Below are positions 1 through 10,174 of a stretch of 64,000 nt of DNA, piece after piece. The DNA comes from Ignavibacteriota bacterium (GTDB lineage: Bacteria; Bacteroidota; Ignavibacteria; UBA10030; UBA6906), in NCBI GenBank assembly GCA_963801355.1, contig CAWDEM010000008.1:736001-800000 (forward strand), in the 5' to 3' direction. The translations under genes and the position numbers were made by a program. The notes beneath the pieces were generated by a model. It saw only the letters and a program-made list of their open reading frames with translations. It did no database searches and had not been told where the DNA came from. Every line of letters begins with the position of its first letter. The first letter of the stretch is position 1.

Positions 1-517
1 CGGACATGGGCGATCCTGCCGCGGCGGCGGATTCTTGCTGTTTGAGAAAATCCCGAATGACGTCCGATTTCACCCGCACGAAATATTGATAGACCTCGGG
101 CGGTCGAACCTCGAGGCTCGGAATGATCCCCATATCCTCGACAACAGGCACACAGCGGGCGGCATCTACCTCGAAGGTCGATTGCACATATTGGCGTTCA
201 ACCTCATGGCGCACGGAGGGATCGAGATAGGCGATGGAGAGCAGGTAGTCGTTCTCCAACGTCTGCTTTGAGACTCCGAGTTCTTCCGGAACCAGACCGA
301 CGGCAGCAATGCCGCCACCTTTATTGTTGCCGCGATTGCGCATTTGTTGCAGGGCTTGGAGCAGGTGGCGTGCAGGGATCTGTTCACTGCAGGCAATGCC
401 TATGACACCGCAGCCCCCCTCCGCTTCCTGATTCCTCAGCGTCTGGTGTGTTCGCCCGTCGGGACGCAGGCTCTTGCGTGAAGCAATGAGGGCGTCAATA
501 TCTCGTGCAGTTGTCAT
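1..517 (-). CDS. Glutamine amidotransferase (Ntn-type) subunit of a split glutamate synthase, 3' end outside the window
   Basis: Manual translation of the minus strand from the ATG at 517 is open to base 1: MTTARDIDALIASRKSLR...EAEGGCGVIGIAC...MRNRGNNKGGGIAAVG. The CG Ntn nucleophile and the NRG motif fit a GATase. ATGA overlap with the upstream stop at 514-516. Not in the ORF track because there is no stop codon in the window. Confidence 0.85.
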   Translation of the reverse strand, partial: MTTARDIDALIASRKSLRPDGRTHQTLRNQEAEGGCGVIGIACSEQIPARHLLQALQQMRNRGNNKGGGIAAVGLVPEELGVSKQTLENDYLLSIAYLDPSVRHEVERQYVQSTFEVDAARCVPVVEDMGIIPSLEVRPPEVYQYFVRVKSDVIRDFLKQQESAAAAGSPMS

Positions 518-1833
518 GCGCGGCTCGAGCTGTTTTTGCTGTACGAGAGGAAATCAGTCCTCCCCCTGAGTTGGCTTATATCCTGAAGCCCGAGTTGTCG
601 AAGGATCCCGGAGAGCTGCGAGGCGTACGACCGATAGAGATTCGAAATGCGCATGGCCCCCCACTCCGGTTCGACCAGCTCGGTGAGTTCCGGGTCGGTA
701 GTGGTGAGTCCGTACGGGCACCCCCGGCCGCGCTCGCAATTGGAACACCGCGTGCAACCGAGAGCGACCAGTTCGGCCGTTCCCAGGACGCAGCCATCTG
801 CGCCCAGCGCGATGGCTTTGGCGATGTCATAGGCCGTGCGGACGCCGCCGCTCGCCATGACCACGATCTGATCGCGGATTCCTTCCTGAACGAGATAGCG
901 ATGGACTTTCGGTATCGCGAACTCGATGGGCATCGCAATGTTTTTCTTGGCAATCTCGGGGGCGGCACCTGTTCCACCGTAACTTCCATCGATCTGGAGA
1001 ATGTGTGCGCCCGCATAGTAACTCCCCACCGCTACCATGTCAATGTCCGTCGGCGTCGACACCTTGACGCACACCAGCGCCGTGGGATTGACGGTCCGTA
1101 TCCAGTCGATATGCTTCTTATGATCCTCGACGGAATAGACCGAATGAAACGGAAAGGGGGAGAACAGACTTACCCAGGGCACACTTTCCCGCATCTTTGC
1201 CACGGCGACGGTGGTCTTGTCTCCCAGTAAATGTCCTCCGAGACCCGGCTTCGCACCCTGGGCATACTTGAACTCGACGATCGGCGCTCTCTGGATTGTC
1301 TCTTCGCGTACGCCGAACATGCCTGTGGCCACCTGCGTGATGATATGGTCACGGTGGGGTATGAGGGAATCCGGATAGCCGCCTTCGCCGGTTGAGGTGA
1401 ACGTGCTCCACTCGGCGGCGGCCATTGCTCTCGCCATCATGATATGTTCGCTGATGGACCCGTACGACATCCCACCGCCGTACATGGGAACCGGGATCTC
1501 GATGCGGCGGTCAACCGGCCTGCGGTTCAGGGGGATTGCGGTCGAGACCGGGGTGCTCTCCGGTATCCATTGTTCCTGAGGGAGGAACTTGAAGTCGAGG
1601 AGATCGAAGCCGCCACCCGAATTGCCGATCCTGTATTCCAGTCCATTCTCGGGTATGCGCCCCGTTTCCGCCTGCACCCAGGTGGAGAGGATGAGATCGG
1701 CGGTCCATCGGTAGTCTCCCAGCGCGGGCATCATGGCGGTGCCAAGTTGCGGCCAGAGGTGGAATCCCCGGTGCAAGGCCTTGATATGTTTCTCGGTGAT
1801 CCGTTGCTCGATTGATTTCTCAGACTTTTTCAT
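514..1833 (-). CDS. FMN-binding glutamate synthase domain protein with 3Fe-4S cysteine motif
   Basis: Motifs GGMSYGS, TGEGG, EFKYAQGAKPGLGGHL, ASGGVRT and CTRCSNCERGRGCPYG. Confidence 0.9.
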   Translation of the reverse strand: MKKSEKSIEQRITEKHIKALHRGFHLWPQLGTAMMPALGDYRWTADLILSTWVQAETGRIPENGLEYRIGNSGGGFDLLDFKFLPQEQWIPESTPVSTAIPLNRRPVDRRIEIPVPMYGGGMSYGSISEHIMMARAMAAAEWSTFTSTGEGGYPDSLIPHRDHIITQVATGMFGVREETIQRAPIVEFKYAQGAKPGLGGHLLGDKTTVAVAKMRESVPWVSLFSPFPFHSVYSVEDHKKHIDWIRTVNPTALVCVKVSTPTDIDMVAVGSYYAGAHILQIDGSYGGTGAAPEIAKKNIAMPIEFAIPKVHRYLVQEGIRDQIVVMASGGVRTAYDIAKAIALGADGCVLGTAELVALGCTRCSNCERGRGCPYGLTTTDPELTELVEPEWGAMRISNLYRSYASQLSGILRQLGLQDISQLRGRTDFLSYSKNSSSRA

Positions 1834-3304
1834 ACCCGCTGATCCCTTCGAAGGCTTCCCGTTCGAGATCTTTCTGGAACATTGCCCTGCCCAATTCTCC
1901 CCTCAGGCGTTGCACCTCTCTCAATCCCATCGCTCCCATCACCTCAAGCAATTGATCGCGCCATGATGCAATGAGGTTCGTAAGACGCTGGACTCCCCAT
2001 GCGAGGGGGAGATCCGGAACCTCCCAGCGGCTTCCGGTTTGATCAATGCATTCCCCTGTCATTGCCAGCTGCAAAGCGATGAGAAGGGGTGTATCGAGTG
2101 ATACTAGGTCAAGGCCGCAGACGATCGCTTTGGGTACGTGTTCGGCAACGATGATTCCCCCGCCGCCGATAAGCGTGACGTGAGAGCGCCTGCCTTCCTG
2201 CACAAGGGCCTGATGCGCCCTCCGGATCAATTCGAGAACGAACTCCCCTTCTGCATTCTGACCATGATAGTCGGCCACTAGATGAAACACGCGGAACCCG
2301 TCGTTTACGCCCCCGAGAAGTTCCTCCTCAAACCCGGAGGCGAACGACAGTCGCAGACACGGAATCGCATCGGGGAATCGCCGGCAGACTTCGTCGTGCA
2401 GTCTTGCGTCCCGGGAAGAGAGTTCGAACATGTAAGGTCTTTCGGTGAGTCCCGACAGCGCTTCGCAGTCATCAGGCGTGAGCAGCGGGACGATGTGATT
2501 TCCGTTTGCGCCCAGTTTCTTGATAAGTGACACCGGGAGAATGACAAGCGTCTGCAGCTGTCGGGCAGACTCGACGAGAATCTGCGCAACGGTGTCAGAA
2601 CGAAGCGTTGCGGGAGGTAGATCAAACAGCATCGGGAGCGGCAGAGGGAAACCGTGCGGCAATTGACCGTTAGGTATGCGCCGCTCGTCAAACGTGAGGT
2701 ATGACGGTCTGTCTCCCACATGCACCGAAGTCGATATGAACTCCCGGCCGTGGATTCCGTCGCGTGTGGGACGAACGATTTCGGACATGTCCGTCCACAT
2801 TCCATCCCAGCCCTCGCCGCCGAATCGTCCGCGGTAGCCGGCACCTTTGACAGGAATTGCTCCTGTTTGCGTCTCATACATGACGGTATCGACATGAGCA
2901 GGCGTGAAGTATGAATCCCCCAGGCGCTTGCGATCCGGATTGGGAGAGACACGCACAAACTCGGGGAACTCATTCATGCAGCGCAGGCACCCCACACAGA
3001 CCTTTGGACGCGGCGCGAAGCCGCCGATTGGCCCCGAGAAAACGCCGTACATGCACGGCCGGCTGGTAATGAGCGCTTTGTTGAGCCGTTGATGAACGAT
3101 CTCTTTCAGGAGGTGGTGTGCGAGTCCGACTCTCCCCACCCTCACGCGGAATCGATTGGGGTAGGGAGCGACGTCGGCGGCGGTTTCTGTTTCGATGTGG
3201 TAGCGGTGGTAGGCACGCGGAGCCTCCCCATCCGGGTTCCGCGTGCCCCTTCCGGGAGTGGGAGTATCAGTTGAGTGATTTGTCTCAGGTTGCGAGTTGC
3301 TCAT
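1820..3304 (-). CDS. Ferredoxin-like plus degenerate FMN-barrel glutamate synthase-related protein
   Basis: RPCMYGVF...CVGCLRC, WTDMSEIVRPTRDGIHGRE, GGGGIIVAEHVPKAIVCG, EVMGAMGLREVQRLRGE. Start placed at ATG 3304 after a GTGAGG RBS; the ORF track extends it to 3418. Confidence 0.8.
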   Translation of the reverse strand: MSNSQPETNHSTDTPTPGRGTRNPDGEAPRAYHRYHIETETAADVAPYPNRFRVRVGRVGLAHHLLKEIVHQRLNKALITSRPCMYGVFSGPIGGFAPRPKVCVGCLRCMNEFPEFVRVSPNPDRKRLGDSYFTPAHVDTVMYETQTGAIPVKGAGYRGRFGGEGWDGMWTDMSEIVRPTRDGIHGREFISTSVHVGDRPSYLTFDERRIPNGQLPHGFPLPLPMLFDLPPATLRSDTVAQILVESARQLQTLVILPVSLIKKLGANGNHIVPLLTPDDCEALSGLTERPYMFELSSRDARLHDEVCRRFPDAIPCLRLSFASGFEEELLGGVNDGFRVFHLVADYHGQNAEGEFVLELIRRAHQALVQEGRRSHVTLIGGGGIIVAEHVPKAIVCGLDLVSLDTPLLIALQLAMTGECIDQTGSRWEVPDLPLAWGVQRLTNLIASWRDQLLEVMGAMGLREVQRLRGELGRAMFQKDLEREAFEGISGYEKV

Positions 3305-3479
3305 CAAGATTATCCTCACTAATGAATAGATAAGTATAATGAACCTATTTGCAGGATTCAACTGGAATTCGAGAGATTCCTGGCGGAGAAGAAAACAACC
3401 ATCCCACCCATTGAACAAACTACCCCCTCAGGGATTATTTGAGTGACCCGAGTATTGTTCCGCAACGAAGGAGGCAACA

Positions 3480-4763
3480 ATGAATACGACCAGATTTGTC
3501 TTCATCACTGTCATACTGGCTGTCCTTGGGTTCTCGGGCTGCCAAAAGGACGAGCGGGTTGTCCAACGGCCCGAGAAGATCCGAAGCCTGCGTGAGGTAG
3601 TCTACGACACTGAAACGTACGCTCAGCTGGACACTCTCTGGAAGAAGTACAACGAAGCTTACCCCTCCGAGGAGGCCTACGCGAACTGGATGTATGCCGC
3701 CCGCTATGCCGGCGACCCCGACTATGCGTCGCTTCTGGAGGCCGGCGTCAAGAAGTATCCGGCAAACCCCAAGCTCCTTTACTTTAAGGCCATGTCGGAC
3801 CACGGGCGGCCCCAGAACCTAGAGGCTCTGAGCCTTCTGGAGCGGGCCGTGGAACTGGATCCTTCCTACACGGACCCCTGGTTCGGTCTCGTCATTCACT
3901 ACCTCGAGCGCGGTGAGCAGGAGAAGATGAACGTTGCCCTGCGAAAGATTCTGGAATCCGGGGTTATTGCGGATGAAGTCATGGATTATTCGTACAATAT
4001 GCTGGCGTGCCTGGAGAAGGACGCAATCCTTGTCACAAACGGGGACAATGACACCTATCCCGGATGGATCCTCACGCGGGTCGTCGGATACCGCCCTGAC
4101 ATTCGTCTTGTCAACCAGTCTCTGTTGAATACGGACTGGTACCCTCGTACTTTGGTGACAGATGGGGTTCCGGCTTTTGTTACTGCAAACTCGCTTGATA
4201 GCTTGAGAAAGGCGATAGTAGAGGAGCTTGAGAGTCTCCGGAAAACAAAAGGACCCATCCCGGAGGGAGGGCCGTTCAGCAATGCCCTGATTGAGCGGCT
4301 GGTGAGGGCCTGCCGGAATGTGGGGCGGCCCGTCTATTTTGCAGCCACGCTGCAGCATGCCCCCGTCGTGAAACGTCTCCTGCTAACGGGAAGGGGGCTT
4401 GGACTGGCGACGCTCGTCACGCCGGCCGCGGAGTCCGATGCCAGCCAGCTGAAAAAGGTTTTCACCATTTGGCAGAACGACTTCCGTACAGGCGGGCTTC
4501 ACGGTTGGGGGATCCGTTACGCTAAACCGACACGGGCCGGCAGGATGCTCGTCATGAACTATGGCACCGCGCTGAGCTCCCAGATGGACAGAATCCTCAA
4601 GCTTGCTCCCGATAGTCGGCTGGGATTATTTCGATGGTACCGGGACAACGTGCGTGCCCTCGTACCAGACTACCAGCGTGAGACCATGGACCGGATGTGG
4701 ACCCGTTCTGACGATATTGGAGAGATCAGGGAGTGGTGCCGCAAAATGAATCTGGCAAAATAG
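3480..4763 (+). CDS. Lipoprotein with TPR repeats and a DUF2723-like C-terminal domain
   Basis: RBS GGAGG; lipobox FSGC; TPR-like helices (LERAVELDPSY); motif LVTNGDNDTYPGW...RPDIRLVN..LLNTDWY. Confidence 0.7.
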   Translation: MNTTRFVFITVILAVLGFSGCQKDERVVQRPEKIRSLREVVYDTETYAQLDTLWKKYNEAYPSEEAYANWMYAARYAGDPDYASLLEAGVKKYPANPKLLYFKAMSDHGRPQNLEALSLLERAVELDPSYTDPWFGLVIHYLERGEQEKMNVALRKILESGVIADEVMDYSYNMLACLEKDAILVTNGDNDTYPGWILTRVVGYRPDIRLVNQSLLNTDWYPRTLVTDGVPAFVTANSLDSLRKAIVEELESLRKTKGPIPEGGPFSNALIERLVRACRNVGRPVYFAATLQHAPVVKRLLLTGRGLGLATLVTPAAESDASQLKKVFTIWQNDFRTGGLHGWGIRYAKPTRAGRMLVMNYGTALSSQMDRILKLAPDSRLGLFRWYRDNVRALVPDYQRETMDRMWTRSDDIGEIREWCRKMNLAK

Positions 4764-5293
4764 CAGCGGGATGGGAGGACCTCGCCCGCGCGAGGAACGG
4801 AAGTCCGGAAGCATGGAGAATACTGTTCGACCAGTACTCTCCTCAGCTCCTCCGGATGGCTGCATTGATGACCGGTTCGGCGGACGCGGCACGCGATTGC
4901 GTGCAGGAGACATTCGTCCGGCTCCTGAACTCGGTAGTGCGCGATCAGACTGGATCTCTCAGGGCGTACCTCTCCACTATCGTGTATCGACTGGCGTTGA
5001 AGGAGAAGATGCGGGTGAGCAAAGGGGTTCCCCTCGGTGTGCCGGAACCCGCGTCTCCCAACCCTTCGCCTCTCGACGAGGTAATTGCCGACGAGAGACA
5101 GCGGGAGGTGGCACGGGTGCTCCTGACGCTTCCCGACCATCACCGGGACATACTGATCCTCAGACTACATGGGGATCACAGCTATGAGGACATTTCAGAG
5201 ATCACAGGTCTTCCTCTTGGGACGGTGAAGTCGCGCATCTTCCATGCAGTGAAATCAGCAAGGGCGGAGATGAAGAATAGAGGCTTGATATGA
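4733..5293 (+). CDS. ECF RNA polymerase sigma factor
   Basis: Region 2 (ARDCVQETFVRL) and region 4 (SYEDISEITGLPLGTVKSRIFHA). Confidence 0.92.
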   Translation: MVPQNESGKIAAGWEDLARARNGSPEAWRILFDQYSPQLLRMAALMTGSADAARDCVQETFVRLLNSVVRDQTGSLRAYLSTIVYRLALKEKMRVSKGVPLGVPEPASPNPSPLDEVIADERQREVARVLLTLPDHHRDILILRLHGDHSYEDISEITGLPLGTVKSRIFHAVKSARAEMKNRGLI

Positions 5294-5685
5294 CACGACA
5301 TGTCAACGAAGACACGATGCTGAAGTCGGCACTTGGACTGCTGGGTCCTCAGGTAGATCGCAACGTGCGCGATCATCTCGAAGGATGCCCTACATGCCGC
5401 GCTCTGCAAGAAGACGTGGACCGGACATTGCGTGACTTCAGGGACGTGGCGCCACATATCACCGCGAAGATCCCTGGTCTCCCTTCACTCAAGGGCAACC
5501 GCCACCTGTGGATACGCATTGCAGCTATGCTGGCCATTGGCTTCGGGCTGGGCTATGCCACCTCTGAGTCCCTCCGTCCGCAATCAATTACCGTCGTCCG
5601 GCAGCATCTGATTCCAACACCGCCGAAATGGCCGGCAGATGGTTTTGTGGCCTGTGATGACAAGGATCTTATGCCGGTGAGATAG
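5290..5685 (+). CDS. Zinc-binding (HxxxCxxC) membrane anti-sigma factor
   Basis: HLEGCPTC motif and one TM helix; ATGA-coupled to the sigma gene. Confidence 0.85.
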   Translation: MTRHVNEDTMLKSALGLLGPQVDRNVRDHLEGCPTCRALQEDVDRTLRDFRDVAPHITAKIPGLPSLKGNRHLWIRIAAMLAIGFGLGYATSESLRPQSITVVRQHLIPTPPKWPADGFVACDDKDLMPVR

Positions 5686-5856
5686 GTCCGCCCCTCCTAC
5701 ATACCCGCATAAGCGGACCCTCTGATACCCTTCTTGAAATCCCACCTCTCTGCCCTCCTCACTCCCAAGTTTTTCGGGAACAACCGCAGGGAAAAAAGGG
5801 TTGCAAAAAGAGATAGCCATGTGTCACCCGTGATTGTCTTGCGGAAGGAGGTAGAC

Positions 5857-7059
5857 ATGTACGACGTCATCGTTGTAGGCGCACGCTGCGCCGGCTCACC
5901 GACCGCCATGCTCCTTGCCAGGAAGGGATACCGGGTATTGCTGGTCGACAGGGCCGGATTCCCCAGTGATGCGTTATCGACGCATTATATCCACCAGCCG
6001 GGAGTAGCCACACTCAACCGCTGGGGACTCCTGGAGAGAGTCATTGCATCCGGCTGCCCGCCCGTAGAGAAACAGATTCTGGACGTCGGGCCCTTCGCCA
6101 TAGCCGGGACCCCGCCTCCCGTCGACGGCATCAAGGCGGGTTATGCTCCCCGGCGCAAGATCCTGGACATGATACTCCTCGATGCCGCCATTGAGTCCGG
6201 AGTCGAAGTCCGCGAAAACTTTTCGGTCGAAGAGCTGCTCACTCACGGCGGCCGCGTGACGGGCATCAGGGGCCGGTCGAAGGCGGGCGTCCCCTCCGAA
6301 GATGCGGCCTATTTCGTGATAGGTGCCGACGGGATTCACTCGGTGGTTGCCCGGCTGGTTGAGGCGCCCAGATATGACGAACAGCCGGCACTCAACTGTA
6401 CGTACTTTACGTACTGGAGCGGTGTGAACCTTTCGACCGTTGAGATGTACATGCGCCCTGAACGCATGATCATCGGCGCTCCCACAAACGATGGGTTGAC
6501 GCTCACAATCGTCTACTGGCCTGAAATCGACTTTCCTATGGTGCGTGCCAACGTCGGAGTCGAGTTCATGCGGGCACTTGACCTGGTGCCGGAGTTCGCC
6601 GAACGCATCCGTTCCGGGACGCGCGTGGAGATGTTCCGCGGGAGTGGTGATTTGCGCGGGTTCTTCCGCCGACCGTATGGACCGGGTTGGGCACTTGTGG
6701 GGGACGCGGCTTACCATAAGAATCCGATAACCGCGGCGGGAATCACCGATGCATTCCGCGACGCCGAATTGCTCGTGGACGCGGTCGACGATACACTCGA
6801 AGGATTCGTCCCGGCCGAGGTGGCAATGGCCGAATACGAACGCAAGCGCAACAAGACAGCGTTGCCTCTGTATCGGATGACTTGCGACATGGCGAAGCTT
6901 CATGCCCCCGTACCAGAAACACAAAGACTCCTCGCGGCATTGCGCGACAACGAAGAGGAGTCCGGGCGCTTCCTCGGAACCCTCGCCGGCAGCGTTCCGA
7001 TCCGCGAGTTCTTCTCACCTGCGCATTTAGGACGGATCACCGGGACAAAGATCAACTGA
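5857..7059 (+). CDS. FAD-dependent oxidoreductase (geranylgeranyl reductase/monooxygenase-like)
   Basis: VIVVGARCAG, GADG and LVGDAA motifs; RBS AAGGAGG before ATG 5857. Confidence 0.88.
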   Translation: MYDVIVVGARCAGSPTAMLLARKGYRVLLVDRAGFPSDALSTHYIHQPGVATLNRWGLLERVIASGCPPVEKQILDVGPFAIAGTPPPVDGIKAGYAPRRKILDMILLDAAIESGVEVRENFSVEELLTHGGRVTGIRGRSKAGVPSEDAAYFVIGADGIHSVVARLVEAPRYDEQPALNCTYFTYWSGVNLSTVEMYMRPERMIIGAPTNDGLTLTIVYWPEIDFPMVRANVGVEFMRALDLVPEFAERIRSGTRVEMFRGSGDLRGFFRRPYGPGWALVGDAAYHKNPITAAGITDAFRDAELLVDAVDDTLEGFVPAEVAMAEYERKRNKTALPLYRMTCDMAKLHAPVPETQRLLAALRDNEEESGRFLGTLAGSVPIREFFSPAHLGRITGTKIN

Positions 7060-7164
7060 ACGATGCGGGCGGGACGTTGACTCTGGCCCGCCTCTCCCCT
7101 ATCTTACGCCAGCATCGATGATTTCTTGCGGTGCCTGGATCACACACCTCCGCGCAGAGCTCTC

Positions 7165-8163
7165 ATGATTGACAAAATCCACCGCCAGCGCCTCGCCGAT
7201 CTTCCCACCCCCCTGGAGGATGCCCCGCGCCTGGCCAGGCACCTGGGCATCTCGAGGCTCCTCATCAAGCGGGACGATCAAACCGGCCTTGCCATGGGTG
7301 GCAACAAAGCAAGGAAACTCGAGTATGATTTTGCGGAAATCGTCCGGCAGGGATGCGATGTCGTGGTGACGGTGGGAGGAGCCCAGTCGAATCACGCACG
7401 GATGACCGCTGCGGCCGCTCGGAAGCTGGGGATGGACGCGAAGATCGTCCTCGGCGGGCCGGACTTCGAAGAATTCCAGGGGAACATGCTTCTTGACGTT
7501 CTCCTCGGTGCGGAGATCCGTTTTCTCAAGAACAATGATGCCAATGACGATCTCACTGCCGCGATGGATGAATGGATCCTCGACCTGAGGAGTCAAGGCC
7601 GCAGGCCGTATGGAATCCCGGTTGGCGGGAGCACGGGCCTGGGTTCCCTCGGGTACGTCCGGGCGATGCGTGAACTGTCCGACCAGTTTGGCCAGGACCC
7701 GGTCCAGATTGTCCTGGCCGTTGGCTCATGCGGAACTCTGGCCGGCACGCTGCTCGGCGCGCATCTGTTCATGCCCCGGGCCAGAGTTATCGGGATCAGC
7801 ATCTCCCGAACATCCGAGCAGATTGCAGTGCAGACTGCTGCATTGGTGAGAGAGGGCGCCGACCTTCTCAACCTTATGGACTTTCCGACGCAGCACCGTG
7901 TCGAAACCTACGATACGTACTTCCGGGAGTATGGGGCGTTCACCGAATCCGCAAGAGAAGCCATCCTGCTCTCTGCCCGACTTGAAGGTCTCCTGCTCGA
8001 TCCTGTCTATACGGGCAAGTCAATGGCAGGACTCATCGACCTGGCCCGCAAAGGCGTGCTCAACAGGGACATACCGACAATCTTCATCCACACAGGCGGA
8101 CTTCCCATTCTCTTTGCATACGAGCCGCAATTCCGCTCACTCGCATGGTGCACGAAGTTTTAG
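7165..8163 (+). CDS. D-cysteine desulfhydrase / ACC deaminase family PLP enzyme
   Basis: KRDD...GGNKARKLE, QSNHAR, LDPVYTGK, HTGG. Confidence 0.92.
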   Translation: MIDKIHRQRLADLPTPLEDAPRLARHLGISRLLIKRDDQTGLAMGGNKARKLEYDFAEIVRQGCDVVVTVGGAQSNHARMTAAAARKLGMDAKIVLGGPDFEEFQGNMLLDVLLGAEIRFLKNNDANDDLTAAMDEWILDLRSQGRRPYGIPVGGSTGLGSLGYVRAMRELSDQFGQDPVQIVLAVGSCGTLAGTLLGAHLFMPRARVIGISISRTSEQIAVQTAALVREGADLLNLMDFPTQHRVETYDTYFREYGAFTESAREAILLSARLEGLLLDPVYTGKSMAGLIDLARKGVLNRDIPTIFIHTGGLPILFAYEPQFRSLAWCTKF

Positions 8164-8194
8164 ACGCCAGGACTCCCTCCTCTCTGAAAGGGGT

Positions 8195-9994
8195 ATGACC
8201 GCCATGTCTGCTCATGCTTGTTTCTTAAGACTTGTGCTCTGCTTCCCGGTAATGCTCATCGCAACTGAAGCATTCGCGCAGAATCGCACGCCAACCATTG
8301 CGACCCACCTGGCTGCGTTGAGGCACAAGGATCCTGCTGTCCAGTGGGCTTCTGTAGCCGGCCTGGCAAGAATCGGAACAGAAGCTGTTCCGTCGCTGAC
8401 GAAAGCGCTTGGAGACGACAACGAGGACGTCCGGGCAAACGCCGCCCTTGCGTTGGGGAAAATTGGCCCAGCGGCGATTGCCGCCGTTCCAGAGCTCATC
8501 ACAACTCTCAGGGACCGGAGCGACCGGGTCCGGGAAAACTCTGCAGAGGCTTTAGGGGTGATGCGGCCTATTACCGCTCGGGCAGTGGAGGCACTTATTG
8601 ATTGCCTGTCAGATCGGGACCCATACGTCGGTGGCAAAGCTGCCGAAGCACTGAGCAGGATCGGGCCTGCAGCTGTTGCGAGCCTTGTCAGCGTACTCAA
8701 CAGCGGCACTGACACTTCCCGTTGGTGTGCGACTATTGCTCTGGGCAAAATCGGGCTGGACGCCTACCCGGCCGTACCAGCACTGACACGAGCCCTAACC
8801 GATGCAAAGGATGACGTGCGTTGGGGTGCAGCCTCGGCACTCGGGAACATCGGCACAAAAGCGCAGTATGCTGTGCCGAACCTCATGCAAGCACTTAGTG
8901 ATAGAGATCAAGACGTTCGCCGGGCGGCCTCGCTGGCGCTGGAAAAGATAGGCCCTTCAGCCGTCGAGTCTCACAACGATTGGCGTTCGGTCGCGGCAAC
9001 ACTCGATACGCTCACACACCACCTGATGAAAGAATCACATGTTCCGGGAGTAGCCGTTGCGTTAATCACCGACCGGACTCTCGTGTGGTCAGGCCGGTAC
9101 GGACTGGCCGACATCAAGAGCGGTACCCCCGTGACGGATGAAACCCTTTTTGAAGCGTGTTCCATGTCGAAACCGGTTTTCGGTTACATCGCACTGAAGT
9201 TGGTCGAGATGGGGAAGCTGGACCTTGACCGTCCGCTTGTGGACTACCTCGATCCCGCCTCTCTCCGCGGTCAACCGGATCACGGCCGGATCACGGCGCG
9301 CATGGTGTTGTCACATACAACCGGCTTGCCGAATTGGAGGAAAGGCGGAGAAGAGTTCGACGGTCCGCTTGCCGTGATGTTTGCCCCGGGAACAAGGTTC
9401 GGCTACTCCGGCGAAGGGTTCTACTATCTCCAACAGGTGGTCGAGCGTCTGACGGAAGAGCCCCTGGATCTTTATGCACGGTGGACATTGCTGGACCCAC
9501 TGAAGTTGGTGCACACAAGCTTCGTCTGGACAGAAGAGCTCAGCGCGAATATTGCCGGCGGATACGATTCCAGGGGAGAGGCCCTGCCGAGAAGCCGGTA
9601 CACGCACGCCAATGCAGCGTACACGCTGTACACCTCTGCGAGTGATTATGCACGGTTTCTGATTGAGATCATGAATCCCAACCGCACGGCCCAACATTCA
9701 CTCACGCAACGCTCTATCGATACGATGCTCTCGCACCAGGTTGCCCTTACCTCAAGAGAACCTATCGAGCGGCCGGGATCGGTGAGATACTCAGAGGTGT
9801 ACTGGGGTCTGGGATGGTCAATAAATACCACCCCGCAGGGGGACATTATGCACCACAGTGGATCCAACGCATCCGGATTCAGGTGCTTCAGTCAATTCAA
9901 CCCCGCCAGAGGGTCGGGCATCGTTATCATGACGAACGGCATCGGTGGGGGCGATCTCTGGACACGGCTCATCAGCAGGATCGGCAACCTGTAG
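8195..9994 (+). CDS. Secreted HEAT-repeat plus serine hydrolase (beta-lactamase-like) fusion protein
   Basis: Signal peptide, about 8 HEAT/PBS repeats (L..AL.D.D.DVR..AA.ALG.IG), then SMSK, YSG and HSG motifs. Confidence 0.85.
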   Translation: MTAMSAHACFLRLVLCFPVMLIATEAFAQNRTPTIATHLAALRHKDPAVQWASVAGLARIGTEAVPSLTKALGDDNEDVRANAALALGKIGPAAIAAVPELITTLRDRSDRVRENSAEALGVMRPITARAVEALIDCLSDRDPYVGGKAAEALSRIGPAAVASLVSVLNSGTDTSRWCATIALGKIGLDAYPAVPALTRALTDAKDDVRWGAASALGNIGTKAQYAVPNLMQALSDRDQDVRRAASLALEKIGPSAVESHNDWRSVAATLDTLTHHLMKESHVPGVAVALITDRTLVWSGRYGLADIKSGTPVTDETLFEACSMSKPVFGYIALKLVEMGKLDLDRPLVDYLDPASLRGQPDHGRITARMVLSHTTGLPNWRKGGEEFDGPLAVMFAPGTRFGYSGEGFYYLQQVVERLTEEPLDLYARWTLLDPLKLVHTSFVWTEELSANIAGGYDSRGEALPRSRYTHANAAYTLYTSASDYARFLIEIMNPNRTAQHSLTQRSIDTMLSHQVALTSREPIERPGSVRYSEVYWGLGWSINTTPQGDIMHHSGSNASGFRCFSQFNPARGSGIVIMTNGIGGGDLWTRLISRIGNL

Positions 9995-10174
9995 GCCTGG
10001 AGAGAAAAAGCCGATGAGCTTGAGCTTGTTGGTTGTTGTTGTTGACTCTCGCTTCTCCCTATTGTATTTTACTTCCGCATTGATGGTCCCCGTGCCGTCC
10101 GGATCGCGTCCCGCGTTCGGCGGGATGAAGTATCCATGGTCAATGGATAGTCGGTCATCCCCTGGGTTTTCCCC

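Noticed and set aside
35-271. 78-aa plus-strand ORF
   Set aside because: It is the antisense shadow of the GATase subunit gene (517 to <1, minus strand).
10030-10054. Short (GTT)n run upstream of the first kinase
   Set aside because: Only about 4-5 units; no evidence of function.
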